Of a stretch of 64,000 bases of DNA, positions 1 to 10,654 are shown piece by piece; positions within the stretch are counted from its first letter, which is position 1; every line of letters starts with the position of its first letter. The stretch is from an uncultured Methanoregulaceae archaeon. GTDB taxonomy: Archaea > Halobacteriota > Methanomicrobia > Methanomicrobiales > Methanospirillaceae. The notes under the pieces are model-generated. The model was not told the DNA's origin, made no database searches, and saw nothing but the letters and a program-made list of their open reading frames with translations. The stretch spans positions 992,001 to 1,056,000 of the forward strand of contig OY970061.1 in the NCBI GenBank assembly GCA_963705255.1. The letters are read 5' to 3'. The position numbers and the translations under genes are program-made.

Positions 1-1251
1 GCTGGAGGTGGGCGGGGCGGTGCTGGAGGCCGCGGACCTCGCACCGTTTACCGGGTGCAAGGGAGTCATCGGTCTTGGCGAGATGATGAACGTGCCGGGA
101 GTTCTTGCAGGTGATCCGGCTGTTCAGGAAAAACTCGCCCTCTTCACTCTTCGCGACGGTCACGCACCGCTCCTTTCCGGCAAAGACCTCAACGCCTACA
201 TCCTTGCAGGGCTCCAGAGCGATCACGAATGCACGACCCGGGCAGAAGCATGTGAGAAACTCAAAAAAGGGATGTATATTTTTGTCCGGGAGGGGTCAAC
301 CGAACAGAATATCGAAGAGCTCATCCCGATAGTAACCCCGGCAACGGTATCCCGCTGCTGCTTTGCCACTGATGACTGCCATGCGGACCTCCTCGTGGGA
401 GATGGGCATATCGACCGCTGTATCCGGAAGGCGGTTGCGTGCGGGATTACGCCGGAACTGGCGATCCGGATGGCGACCCTGTCGGCCGCCGAGCGGTTCG
501 GCCTTCCCGATCGCGGGGCGCTCGTCCCGGGCGCCGGGCGGATTTCTGCGTTATCGACAGCCCATACGGGTTCGTCGTGCACCAGGTCTTCCGGTCCGGT
601 ATCCTCCTCGTCCAGGGGGAGTTCCGGGAGCCCGCCGCTCTCCCGTCCTCGTTCCGGTGCCGGATGCCGTCTGCTGAAGAGATCGCGATCAACGGGAGCG
701 GCAGCGCCCGGGTGATCGGGCTTGTCCCTCACCAGATCATTACGGAGTCCCTGACCCGTGCTGTTGTCGGAAAGGATGTCCCGGACCTGTCGCGCGACAT
801 CCTGAAAGTTGTTGTATGTAACCGGTACGGTAACGATGCAGTCGGGGTCGGCCTCGTGCATGGTTTTGGCTTCGGGCGCGGTGCTGTTGCCGCCAGTATC
901 TCCCACGATGCCCACAATATCATATCAGTCGGAACGAGCGATGCAGGTATCCTCTCGGCGATCGGGGAAGTCATTCGTTCAGGGGGTGCAATGGCCGCGG
1001 TTATTGATCAGGAAAAGGCAGTACTCCCCCTCAGTTGTGCCGGGCTGATGTCTTCCCTGCCGTTCCCGCTTGTGGCCGGACAACAGGAAAAACTCGCTGA
1101 AATGACCGGAAGGATGGGCGGGATAGATGACCCCTTCATGTACCTCTCGTTTTTATCCCTCACCGTGATTCCTGTATTACGCATCACGGACCGTGGTGTG
1201 TTTGATACAGAATTGTTCCGGGATGTGCCATTGTTTGTGAAAGAGGAATAA
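1..1251 (+). CDS. ade: Adenine deaminase (5'-partial, frameshift near 530)
   Basis: ORF 8..715 has GLGEMMNVPGV, DGHAP, SDHEC and CFATDD. ORF 439..1251 carries the C-terminal domain (GAVAASISHDAHN, PFMYLSFLSLTVIP). The two halves join with one indel. Confidence 0.9.
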
Positions 1252-1397
1252 ATCCGGCAGCGGATTTTTATTTCGGGGGCCGGATGGGGAGAGCGGGATC
1301 AGGTCAAAAACCGGCACCGGACACCCCCGCCATACAGGAACGGGGAGCGATCACGGGATCTCACGGCTCCTAGCCCATCAGGATAAGCCAGAGCAGG

Positions 1398-1976
1398 TCA
1401 GTATGCCGTCTGGCCGTTACCTGCGATGTCGGGAGTCGTGTTCTGGGTCCCGTTCGTGTCCGGGCCAGTCACGGACAATCCTGCAGGTACCGGGACCGGG
1501 CGGACAATAATCTCCCGCATCACCCCGCAGTCGGACACCAGCCGGTACCGTTCCGGATCCCAGCCGGTAGTCACAAACCGGTAGATACGGGTGGATTCGC
1601 CGGGCCGCAGGACAGACTTATTTGGTGTGCCGGGCGGTTCTGCGCCCATTCGGGTGACCCATGACCCGGTAATTGACTGGAATTGTACCGAGAATGACGG
1701 GGGGCTCCCGGAACAGTCAAGTACACCGGTACCGTCATTCGAGACATAAAATTCGACAACTTCGCCGATATTGTAGATGTCGGTGTCTGTGTGGACATAG
1801 TCTGAGGTTTCTTCCGGTTGCTTGATAGTGACCTGGTACGATGCCGCGGGATTGCGCTGGGCATGTGTCGTGTTTATGGACTGTGTGTTTACCGGTAAAA
1901 ATGACAAGCACCCCGCTGCCATCACTCCGCCGAGAAGAATAATGGTGAAGACTGACAGAATATCCACCCGTTTCAT
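1398..1976 (-). CDS. Hypothetical secreted/lipoprotein
   Basis: From MKRVDILS: hydrophobic signal ending in AAGC (lipobox-like), then a beta-rich domain. Confidence 0.6.
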   Translation of the reverse strand: MKRVDILSVFTIILLGGVMAAGCLSFLPVNTQSINTTHAQRNPAASYQVTIKQPEETSDYVHTDTDIYNIGEVVEFYVSNDGTGVLDCSGSPPSFSVQFQSITGSWVTRMGAEPPGTPNKSVLRPGESTRIYRFVTTGWDPERYRLVSDCGVMREIIVRPVPVPAGLSVTGPDTNGTQNTTPDIAGNGQTAY

Positions 1977-2304
1977 ACGGTCACCCGGACTTGTGAGATC
2001 GTTTTTAAAAAAAATCGGAAAACGCAATTCATCAAAATAGATCCACTCCCTTTGTTACCATGAAAATCTGCCGGGTCTGGGTAAATAATTTTTTCATACG
2101 AATACGGAATGGATCCAAAAAATCCTTATTTTGGGAAAACCGGAAGAATGGCGTTCTGGAAGTTTTTTTTTTAAACTGGATGAAGAGATGATGATGAAGT
2201 TCATACGCCTCCGATGACATTTACAAAAAAGTTTGTCCGAAACATATCACGAAAGGAAAATTGCCGGAAAGATTACCGGAAAACCCAACGGATTTTAAAA
2301 AAGA

Positions 2305-3045
2305 TCACAGGATGTTCGTGCCCGTCGCCATGCCGAGCAGGATGATGATGACCGGCTGGTGGACGAGATAGATAAGGAGCGAGTGCCGGCCCAGGAAAGC
2401 GAGTGGTGCGCTGAAAAGATCCGGAAGGCGGGGTACCGCGAACTGCCGCACACCGCCGGTATACAGGAAGTTCCCGATCCCTATGCCGATCAACACGACC
2501 CCGAACCATGGAAAGAGCGGGGTATAGTCGACCGAGGTAAAGCCTGCCGGGTAGATGCCAAACGGCAGCAGCCACCAAGGGCCGTAGATACCGGTCAGGA
2601 AAAACCCGGCAAGAATACAGCAGGACCCGATTATGAGGTTATATCTCCTGAACCGGAAAAAGAGCGGAGAGAGCATCACCGACACGCCGATCAGGTGCAG
2701 GATCCCAAAGATGATGAAGCCCTCGCCGAGGTACAGCCACGTTGCTGCCGTGACAAGGAGGCCAAGCGAGAAGATGCCCGCCCCGCGCAGGAGGAACTTT
2801 TTTGCGAGGGCTGATCCGGACCGTTTCGCAGCAGCACGGTCGTGGCTGACGACAAGAGAGACCCCCACGATCAGGAGGAAGAGGGTTGCAGTCGCGTAGG
2901 CAAAGTACCGCCAGAAGCCGGTCGAGACGTTGACCGGCGCAATGGAAAAAAAACTGAGATCGAAGAGTGTGTGGAAGAGTACCATCATGAGGATCGCGAT
3001 CCCGCGGGCAGTGTCGATCTCGATAAACCGCGGCCGCTCATCCAT
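2305..3045 (-). CDS. DUF1624 / heparan-alpha-glucosaminide N-acetyltransferase-like membrane protein
   Basis: RFIEIDTARGIAILMMVLFH, FGILHLIG, DYTPLFPW and LGRHSLLIYLVHQP motifs; multiple TM segments. Confidence 0.85.
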   Translation of the reverse strand: MDERPRFIEIDTARGIAILMMVLFHTLFDLSFFSIAPVNVSTGFWRYFAYATATLFLLIVGVSLVVSHDRAAAKRSGSALAKKFLLRGAGIFSLGLLVTAATWLYLGEGFIIFGILHLIGVSVMLSPLFFRFRRYNLIIGSCCILAGFFLTGIYGPWWLLPFGIYPAGFTSVDYTPLFPWFGVVLIGIGIGNFLYTGGVRQFAVPRLPDLFSAPLAFLGRHSLLIYLVHQPVIIILLGMATGTNIL

Positions 3046-3162
3046 ACAAAACTATCGTCCCTGTTCAGTCATATGTGTTGCCAGATCCCGCAGTTTCGGG
3101 GTGTTGCCGGTTTGCGATATTCCTTAAGTACCGGATGGCATATTCTGTACCGGAGTCCGCGA

Positions 3163-4020
3163 ATGACGCACGAAGACGAGCATATCATCGAGGCTGTCGG
3201 CAGGAGCCGCATCGTTATCCGCAACGGGAGGGTTGTCGAAGTCGGGGAAGCCCAGATCAGGGACTGTCCCCTTGCCAGACGGTTTGCTTGTCCGATCCCG
3301 GATATCGGGAAGGAGTCCGTGAAAGCAAATATCGAACACCGTATCAGGGCCTTCGGCATGTGCACTCCCGACCGGGAAGTTCTGGACAACCGGGAATTTG
3401 TCGGGTTCGGCGCGTCCGAGATTCTCAGTACCGCCCTTGCGACCGGTCTCCTCGACGCGGTCGTGCTCGCCTGCGATGGAGCAGGAACCGTTGTCGTGAC
3501 AAAACCTGCGCTTGTGCAGGGCATCGGTGGCAGGATGTCGGGGCTTGTCAGAACGTCTCCCTACCCCCCGGTGATGGACAGGATCGAGCAGAACGGGGGA
3601 TTCGTTCTCGACCGGGAAGATGCAACAGTGGATCAGGTTGCCGGCGTTGCCCTCGCAGCCGAGCAGGGGTTCAGGAAGATCGCTGTCACGGTTGCTTCCC
3701 CTGCAGTGGCAGAGGCAATCCGGGAGATCCACCCGGATACCCTCATCTTTGCCGTGCACGTCACCGGCCTCAGCCGGGAAGAGGCCGAAACGCTTGTATC
3801 AGCGTCGGATCTTGTCACCACCTGTGCCTCGAAGACGATCCGGGAAACAGCAGGCCCGAAGGCGCTGATGCAGGCCGGGACCGCCATACCGATCTTTGCA
3901 ATGACAAAGAAGGGAAAAGCACTTCTCATCGAGAAGATCCGATGCTCGGATGAGCAGGTCATGATCAAGTCGACAAAACTTCCTGCGCTTGCCGACCGGC
4001 AGCCGGACCCTCTTGTATAG
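3163..4020 (+). CDS. Methanogenesis marker 8 protein (DUF2099)
   Basis: DEHIIEAVG, CPL, FVGFGASE, CDGAGTV, VQGIGGRMSGLV and HVTG motifs. Confidence 0.85.
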   Translation: MTHEDEHIIEAVGRSRIVIRNGRVVEVGEAQIRDCPLARRFACPIPDIGKESVKANIEHRIRAFGMCTPDREVLDNREFVGFGASEILSTALATGLLDAVVLACDGAGTVVVTKPALVQGIGGRMSGLVRTSPYPPVMDRIEQNGGFVLDREDATVDQVAGVALAAEQGFRKIAVTVASPAVAEAIREIHPDTLIFAVHVTGLSREEAETLVSASDLVTTCASKTIRETAGPKALMQAGTAIPIFAMTKKGKALLIEKIRCSDEQVMIKSTKLPALADRQPDPLV

Positions 4021-4214
4021 TATAAGGAGATATGCCGGTTAATTTTCTGTACCGGCTGAAATTATAGCTGCATTTTTTCCGTCCGGTAACGGTCCGGTAA
4101 AAATGGAGAGGGCAGGATCGGATCAACAGAGAATATCATCCTGTTTCTTCCGGTAACAATAACTTCCATCACGAAAAGGATGACAACCCCGGAACATCGT
4201 ACCTTATCCGCGCT

Positions 4215-5612
4215 TTACATCGGCAATTCGCAGTCATTTTCAGGGTTATTCCGGAACTCCCGGGCACAGACCGACAGAATCTCGGACAACGAAGGGAATG
4301 TATGGATCTCATCAATGAGATCCTGGACCCCAGCCGGTGCCGGATCGCCAGCACCCCCTGCTGGATGATCTCGGTCGCCTGCGGGGAACAGATATGGACT
4401 CCCAGGATCCTGTCGCTGGCCGTATCGGCCACAATTTTGACCATGCCGCGGGTGTCGCCGACAATCGATGGCTTTGCAAGTACGTCCATGCGCACGTTCC
4501 TGGCAGTTGCAGGTAGACCTGCCCTGATGGCCCGGTCTTCAGTCATCCCGACGCTTGCAACCTGCGGACTGGTAAAAATTCCATGGGGGAGCGCAGAGCG
4601 GTCGAATGACCGTTTCAGTTCCGAGAAGGCATTTATTGCTGCAATTTCACCCCCCTTTCTTGCCGTAGTCTCGAGCATCGGCTCCCCGGTAACATCTCCT
4701 GCCGCCCAGATGCCGGGGGAGGTCGTTCTCATGCTTGCGTCAACGATGACTGCCCCGTTCTTCATCGTTGATACCCCCGCATTCTCAAGGCGGAGCTCCC
4801 GGGTATTCGGAGTGCGGCCGGTGGCAAGCAGGAGGCATTCCGCTGAAAATTTCTCCGTTTTTCCATCGATGGTCGTTGTTGTCGCGATCTGATCGCCGAT
4901 CTTCTCAACGCTTTCCGGGTTAACGCCGGTCCTGATTGCCACGTCTTCCTGCCTGAGGTATTCTGCCAGAAGGGCAGAGATCTCCGGTTCCTCTTCCGGA
5001 ATGATACGGGGGCTCCGCTGGAGGAGGGTGACTTCCGCCCCGAAGTGGCGATACAGCTGGGCAAACTCGAGACCGAGAGCCCGTCCGCCGATCACCACCA
5101 GTGACTCAGGTATATGTTCCGGGTCAAGCGCTTCCGCGCTGGTCATGTACGGGACAGTACCTATCCCTTTCACGGGGGGCAGGGATGGCGAGGAGCCGGT
5201 CGCAATGATAAACCTGCCGGAGATGAGGGTCTGGTCTCCCACCCGGATCTTCCCGGGTGACAGGAACGCGGCCTCTCCCTTCACCAGCTCGATACCAAGA
5301 CGATCGAGGAACCGGTCCTTCTTTTTTTCCTTCAGCCGTTCGATAAGGGTGTTTTTCCCGGCCAGCGCCGCACCGAGGTCAAACTGGCGATCGGCTCCGT
5401 GATTGCGCTGCTGGTCACCCCGGTAATAGTGGTGACCGGCAAGGGTCAGTAAAAATTTGCTCGGTATGCACCCGACATTGACACAGGTACCCCAGAGCGG
5501 GCCGCGTTCCACCATCGCCACGCGGGCAGCCCCCATATGTACCGCGGTCTGCGGCTGCGGATGTGCCGGCGGCGCCGGTCCCGATGATGACTAGGTCATA
5601 GTCTGCAGTCAT
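4215..5612 (-). CDS. MerA-like / dihydrolipoamide dehydrogenase-family FAD disulfide oxidoreductase (two frameshifts)
   Basis: MTADYDLVIIGTGAAG in one frame, GTCVNVGCIPSK and WAAGDV in ORF 4169..5536, C-terminus IHTFPSLSE...DCELPM in another frame. Confidence 0.8.
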
Positions 5613-5622
5613 GGTGACGGTG

Positions 5623-5847
5623 TCATTGCTCGAGTCTGATGATCTGTACAGGACAGAGGTCTGCTGCATTCATAACGCACTCTTCCTGTTCCGCGGGAGC
5701 GGTACCTTCCGCGATCTTCCCGTCCAGCCGGTACTTACTGGTAATCTGGCTGAATGAATCGTCAGGATTTTCTTCAAAAAAATCCGGACAGGTTTCCCAG
5801 CAGCTCTGACAGCTGACACAGTTTATCCTGTCTATTGTCACTTTCAT
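5623..5847 (-). CDS. Ferredoxin (single cluster)
   Basis: MKVTIDRINCVSCQSCWETCP...AADLCPVQII. Confidence 0.9.
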   Translation of the reverse strand: MKVTIDRINCVSCQSCWETCPDFFEENPDDSFSQITSKYRLDGKIAEGTAPAEQEECVMNAADLCPVQIIRLEQ

Positions 5848-5936
5848 GAGACCCCCCTCGGTTGCCTCAGTTGCGTGAACATTTTTCCGGCAACTGATCG
5901 GCATGGCTGCCGTTTTTCCTCATTCCCGTCGAAGAA

Positions 5937-6227
5937 TCACCTGTTCCGGAGATCCATCTCGGTTCCCAGAATGCAATAGTACAAATTCCTGAGTCCCATC
6001 ATGGGCGTGATGGGGCATGTCGGGCAGATACAGGCCTTTTTTTGCGGGGGGGCGCAACCGGTCTTTCCGACTGCACAGAAGAGCGCTTCATGTTTTCCTT
6101 CCATGCAGTCCGTATAGGTAGGGCAGGCAGGGCACGTGCACAGGGAACGTGCATCGGCCATCGCTTTGGTTCGGTCAGCCTCACTCATCTTCTGCATCTT
6201 CTGCATCATTTCTTCAAATTTGTCCAT
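5937..6227 (-). CDS. DUF2769-like cysteine-rich protein
   Basis: CTCPACPTY, LFCAVGK, CICPTCP, YYC pattern. Confidence 0.75.
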   Translation of the reverse strand: MDKFEEMMQKMQKMSEADRTKAMADARSLCTCPACPTYTDCMEGKHEALFCAVGKTGCAPPQKKACICPTCPITPMMGLRNLYYCILGTEMDLRNR

Positions 6228-6248
6228 GCCGTTTCTCCATCATCCGTA

Positions 6249-6506
6249 TCATCCGGGTCTCCAGCGGTCGTTGTCCAGGGAACCGTCATCCCGGACCGAA
6301 CGGTCAAGGTAAATGATCTGGCGAAGGTCCCGGGAGTTCAGTTTCTTGATGATCAACTGCTGGTCCTTCAGTATCTTTAACGCGTTGCGCACGGTATGCG
6401 ATGAATACCGTGTCTTTTCCATGAGGTCTTTATGACTCATCTCGCCGCGGGTGCTGATTATTTCCAGCACGCGTCTCGACGACCGGGGTAATGTTGTCGT
6501 TTCCAT
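6249..6506 (-). CDS. Small winged-helix (MarR/ArsR-like) regulator
   Basis: LPRSSRRVLEII...SHKDL...YSSHTVRNALKIL...RDLRQIIY. Confidence 0.75.
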   Translation of the reverse strand: METTTLPRSSRRVLEIISTRGEMSHKDLMEKTRYSSHTVRNALKILKDQQLIIKKLNSRDLRQIIYLDRSVRDDGSLDNDRWRPG

Positions 6507-6518
6507 ATACAGGGGGTT

Positions 6519-6866
6519 TCAACCACAGCTCTTTCCACAGCTTTCCTGCGCTCCGGCATCGGATTCTTCCTTGTCGGCAAGGATCCGGGGGAGGGCCTTG
6601 TCCACGAAATCGTCGAGCGATTCCAGCCTGCCCCAGTCCTCGACCGAGTACGTCATATAGACTTCCGGGTCCGGGAGGACGATGACGACACCGGTCTCGT
6701 GGCGGGCAGTGATGAACTGCCGCATGTAATGAGTACTGTGCACATCGTCTCCTTTTTTCGGGATGCGGGCCGTGATCGTCCAGTAATTCAGAAGGTCCTG
6801 GGCATCGACGTAGATCTCGTGTTCCTGCTCAAATTTTTTCAGACGTTCCTCGAGTCCGATAGCCAT
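6519..6866 (-). CDS. Hypothetical protein
   Basis: ORF from MAIGLEERLKK with GAGGTG RBS upstream, co-oriented in the operon. Confidence 0.65.
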   Translation of the reverse strand: MAIGLEERLKKFEQEHEIYVDAQDLLNYWTITARIPKKGDDVHSTHYMRQFITARHETGVVIVLPDPEVYMTYSVEDWGRLESLDDFVDKALPRILADKEESDAGAQESCGKSCG

Positions 6867-6906
6867 TCCTGTCACCACCTCATCGCGGGTTATGCATGAT
6901 TTTCTC

Positions 6907-7695
6907 CTACTTCAGTACGCAGACCGCTCCCGGGGCCCTGATCATGAGCGCGAGGCTTTCGGCCACGTAGAACTCGAGGTCGTCTCCGGCAGGCCCGTTA
7001 TAGCCAATGGTCATGTCAAGCCCGATTGCGAGCGATACGAACTGCCGCCCGGATGCGAGGATGACCCCTCCTTTTTTCAGGACCGGTGCCTTCACGACCC
7101 CTTCCGACACGATACCCCGGATATGGTCCAGTTCCGTGCCGTCGCCCTGAGGGTACCGGCGCAGCAGCAGGTTGTACTGGGGCGGGGCAAGTGCCATGCA
7201 GTACGGCCCGTGGAACCCGGCGTCGTCCAGTTTCGTGACCGCCTCTATGACCTGGTCCGCTGCCGTGCCGACTTTGTCCCACTTGGTGAGCGTCAGCGAG
7301 CTTGTTCCGTCGACAGTAAGGAGACCGGCCATGCCTTGGATACCTTGGAATATCATACGGTCTTCGCTTGCTGCACAGTCGGTTGCTGCCGCGGCCACGC
7401 AGGTCGTATCGAGCGTAAGCTTGTCCCTCTCGAAGGAGGCCAGGTCCCGTCTGCCCAGGGAAAACCCGGACCTGATCAGATTCACCGGGATGAACGTGCT
7501 TCCGGATATCCCCTCTTCAAGTTCGCAGTCACTGAGCGGTATGGCCTTGAGCCCGAACCCGAACGGACCGTCGATATCGATTATCCTCCGGCAGGCGAGC
7601 TGGCTCTTGGCAGCTTCGATCATGACGGTATTGAGCAGCTTCCATGTCTCCGGCCCGATCGGGGCCGATTCGCGTTCCAGATAGTTATTGTCCAT
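6907..7695 (-). CDS. Family 1 encapsulin shell protein (linocin M18)
   Basis: NYLERESAPI, RRIIDIDGPFGFG, EDRMIFQG, GFHGPY, LAIGLDMTIGY; about 262 aa. Confidence 0.93.
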   Translation of the reverse strand: MDNNYLERESAPIGPETWKLLNTVMIEAAKSQLACRRIIDIDGPFGFGLKAIPLSDCELEEGISGSTFIPVNLIRSGFSLGRRDLASFERDKLTLDTTCVAAAATDCAASEDRMIFQGIQGMAGLLTVDGTSSLTLTKWDKVGTAADQVIEAVTKLDDAGFHGPYCMALAPPQYNLLLRRYPQGDGTELDHIRGIVSEGVVKAPVLKKGGVILASGRQFVSLAIGLDMTIGYNGPAGDDLEFYVAESLALMIRAPGAVCVLK

Positions 7696-7707
7696 TTCAT
7701 ACACCTC

Positions 7708-8073
7708 TCAGCTGGGTTTCAGTGATCCGATTGTCGTTTCAGTCTTCTCCGGTGCCGGTTCCTTTGCAGGTGCTGCAATTTCCAGTACCACAGCGTCCAC
7801 TTCAGCGGCCCCTTCCTTCAGGAACGCATCCTCGTCCCCGGTAAGGAGGGAGAGGAGGCGCGAAAATTCTCCTGCATGCACGCGTTCTTCGTTCGCGATG
7901 TCGATGAGAACGGCTTTTGCGAGGGCATTGTCCGTGGCTTCGGCATGGGCCATATACGCATGGACCGCCTCGTGCTCTGCAGCAAGGTCAAGGCGTATCG
8001 CCCTGATGAGTTCCTGCAGGGTCAGGAGGCGCTCCGGGATCTTTCCGCTGAACGGGTTTACAAATTCTGGCAT
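7708..8073 (-). CDS. Ferritin-like encapsulin cargo protein with C-terminal loading peptide
   Basis: ELIRAIRLDLAAEHEAV..Y, DIANEERVHAGE diiron motifs, P/A/E linker and terminal TIGSLK. Confidence 0.9.
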   Translation of the reverse strand: MPEFVNPFSGKIPERLLTLQELIRAIRLDLAAEHEAVHAYMAHAEATDNALAKAVLIDIANEERVHAGEFSRLLSLLTGDEDAFLKEGAAEVDAVVLEIAAPAKEPAPEKTETTIGSLKPS

Positions 8074-8113
8074 TATCTCTCCTCACTCTCAAACGGGATC
8101 TTCCATGGGATCT

Positions 8114-8734
8114 TCATTTTTTCAGCAGCATCTCTGTCCGCTTGTTCACGGCATCCCAGTTCACGATGTTCCAGAACGCCTCCACAAATTTTGCCCGGTC
8201 GTTCTTGTAGTCGAGATAATACGCGTGTTCCCAGACATCGAGGACCAGGAGAACCTCAAAACCGGGGATCAGGTTCACGTTGTGTTTTTCGAGCTGCATG
8301 ATAAGGGGCCTGCGGGTTTTCCTGCAGAACGTCAGGGCAGCCCACCCTGACCCTTCGACACTCGTCGCGGTCATGGTGAACTCTTTTTTGAACCGTTCGA
8401 ACTTCCCGAATTCGCCGTTGATGACTTTCAGGAGCTCCCCCCTGGGCTGGCCGCCCCCGCCGTTTCCCGCCGGCGCCATATTTTCCCAGAACAGGGTGTG
8501 GAGTTTGAAGCCCCCGACGTGGAAGGACAATTCCTTGAGCGTTGCCTTGAAGTCGAGGTCTGCGTTCTCCTTTCGTGCCTTGTCCAGTTTCTCCAGTACG
8601 GCATTTGCACCATTCACATATGCCATGTGGTGCTTCTGGTGGTGAAGCTTCAACTGGTCCTCGCTGATATGCGGGGCCAGGGCATTGTAAGCATAAGGGA
8701 GGTCCGGCAAAGAATACATCTTGTCTGCTTCCAT
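8114..8734 (-). CDS. sod: Fe/Mn superoxide dismutase
   Basis: [34 protein letters not shown]. Confidence 0.96.
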   Translation of the reverse strand: MEADKMYSLPDLPYAYNALAPHISEDQLKLHHQKHHMAYVNGANAVLEKLDKARKENADLDFKATLKELSFHVGGFKLHTLFWENMAPAGNGGGGQPRGELLKVINGEFGKFERFKKEFTMTATSVEGSGWAALTFCRKTRRPLIMQLEKHNVNLIPGFEVLLVLDVWEHAYYLDYKNDRAKFVEAFWNIVNWDAVNKRTEMLLKK

Positions 8735-8834
8735 GGTTTCTACCTTCTCGAACTGTCTTCTGACAGGAGAGAATTGTCCTCTCTGATGGGATCTATAAAG
8801 AAGGAATTTAATAGAGTATTGCCTGTGCTTCAGA

Positions 8835-8855
8835 TTTTGAAACAAATAATGAAAC
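8835..8855. promoter_or_regulatory. Putative operator TTTTGAAACAAATAATGAAAC upstream of the sod-encapsulin operon
   Basis: Near-identical 21-mers at 10511, 14953 and (reversed) 15709. Confidence 0.6.
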
Positions 8856-8890
8856 GAAAACAGGGAAAAAGAAATGGGAATACCGGTACA

Positions 8891-9150
8891 TCACGTTTTT
8901 ACTTCATACCGGGGCTCCGGTTTTTTGGCAGGGCCTTGTACAACCTCGCCGGTCCGGACACTGAAGACCGAGCCGTGGCACGGACACTGCACGGTCCCGC
9001 CATCAAGCCTGCCCCCGGACAACGTACACTCCTGGTGCGTTCAGGTGTTCCCGATAGCGGAAATTTTTCCATGGACATTCGCGATAAGGATATCTTTTCC
9101 GTCTGCCTGAACCGCGGTCATGGAATTTTTCGCAAGCTCAACCGGCCCGG
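8891..9150 (-). pseudogene. Rieske (2Fe-2S) ferredoxin, interrupted
   Basis: Minus frame reads ...GKDILIANVHGKISAIGNT*THQECTLSGG...VQCPCHGSVF...GPA. TGA (9041-9043) replaces the first Cys of CxH; the usual N-terminal start is missing. Confidence 0.75.
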
Positions 9151-9743
9151 TTCTTATGCTCGGAAATACACCCGGCTTTCCCGGATGTTGCCGTTGCAGT
9201 CTCTGCGATCTTCCGGACAAACTCGTTTTCATCGCAGGTCACACTCGTGAGGTACCCGAGGCTTCTGGGGTCCCCGATAGCAGTGAGGGCGAGTGCGGTT
9301 CCCATCCGCACCCGCCAGTCCGGGTCTTTCAGGACCGCCCCGATCCGGTCTGCAGATGAGGGGTCCGCGATCTGGCCAAGCGCGGCGATGACATGCCTCC
9401 GCACGTCCGCATTCTCGTCTCTGAGCACCGGAAGCAGGGCGTCGACAGCCTTGTGTGCCCCGATCTTCCCGAGTGCTTCGGCTGCCCGCATCCGCACTGA
9501 CCAGTCTCCATCGCGGAGGATGAGGATCAACCGGTCGACGGCTTTCGGGTCACCAATCCGCCCGAGGGCCCATGCCGCCCTCAGCCGGACGACACTGTCC
9601 CGGTCTTCAAGTGCGGAGATGAGAAGATCCACCGCTGGTTCTCCGATTCCTGCAAGGGCGTATGCGGCACCCCAGCGCACATCCTCATTCTTATGGGACA
9701 GATCCCTGATCAGTTCCTGAATTCTTTCCTTTGAGTTATCCAT
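9138..9743 (-). CDS. HEAT/PBS-lyase repeat protein
   Basis: Repeated D.D..VR..AA.ALG.IGD units. Confidence 0.9.
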   Translation of the reverse strand: MDNSKERIQELIRDLSHKNEDVRWGAAYALAGIGEPAVDLLISALEDRDSVVRLRAAWALGRIGDPKAVDRLILILRDGDWSVRMRAAEALGKIGAHKAVDALLPVLRDENADVRRHVIAALGQIADPSSADRIGAVLKDPDWRVRMGTALALTAIGDPRSLGYLTSVTCDENEFVRKIAETATATSGKAGCISEHKNRAG

Positions 9744-9838
9744 AACCCCGCTCCCGGTTTTTACCCGATCCGGCGGGCTGTATCGTTTTCACGTAATTCA
9801 CAAGTTTTTCAATGCCACCAGGGTAGTGCAGCGGTTCC

Positions 9839-10315
9839 TCAGGTGATCGCAATTTTTCCTTTCGGTTCTGCTGCCGATTTTTTCAGGTGCACTTCCAGTA
9901 CCCCGTTTTTGAAGCTCGCATCCGCACCATCCCTGGTAACTGCTTTTGGAAGAGGTACGAACCGGGTCATGGACCCGAAACTGCGTTCGCGCATGTAGTA
10001 GCCTTCTTTCTCCTCCTTTGTCTCCTCCTTCCGTTCACAGGAAATCTCGAGAGACCGGGGGTTGATCAGGTTGATGGTTATGTCCTTTTTGTCCACACCG
10101 GGTATCAGATCTGCGGTGACCACAACTTCATTCTCGTGCTCGGCCACATCCACGCGCAGGCTGCCCCGCTGTGCCGGTAACATCTTCGTACCGGATTCAC
10201 TGGCAGCGGGCAGGAGTGCTGCACCGGATGGTTCGTACACCTGCTGGAGCAGGGTGTCCATGTACTTTCTCATATCTTCGAGTTCGTCAAAAATTGAGCG
10301 GTAGTAAATTTTCAT
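9839..10315 (-). CDS. Hsp20/alpha-crystallin small heat shock protein
   Basis: VDVAE, ADLIPGV, RERSFG, ASFKNGVLEV. Confidence 0.93.
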   Translation of the reverse strand: MKIYYRSIFDELEDMRKYMDTLLQQVYEPSGAALLPAASESGTKMLPAQRGSLRVDVAEHENEVVVTADLIPGVDKKDITINLINPRSLEISCERKEETKEEKEGYYMRERSFGSMTRFVPLPKAVTRDGADASFKNGVLEVHLKKSAAEPKGKIAIT

Positions 10316-10510
10316 AAGGGTTCCTCCTGCTGATCGCCCGGTGCCGGATGGTTGATCTGCACCGGTCGCCGGTCTCATAACGAGCGGCCGTTTTCCGACC
10401 CGGGAAAAGACCGGTGAGAGGCGGGGATGCGTTTGTTTCCCTGTACCCGGACTCTCATCCGTCAGGAATATACCTGGTAAAGAATTATCAATTGTTTCCC
10501 GATGTTCAGG

Positions 10511-10531
10511 TTTTGAGACAAAAATTGAAAT
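10511..10531. promoter_or_regulatory. Putative operator TTTTGAGACAAAAATTGAAAT upstream of hsp20
   Basis: Copy of the shared 21-bp motif. Confidence 0.6.
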
Positions 10532-10654
10532 GGATCAACAAAATTATGCATGCGTATCGGACGTGATCAATCCCGTGGGGACATATTTTTTCACCAGTCG
10601 GGATCTCTTCCTATACTTCCGTCCTCCACTCCGGCCGAATTACCTTCTGGATAC

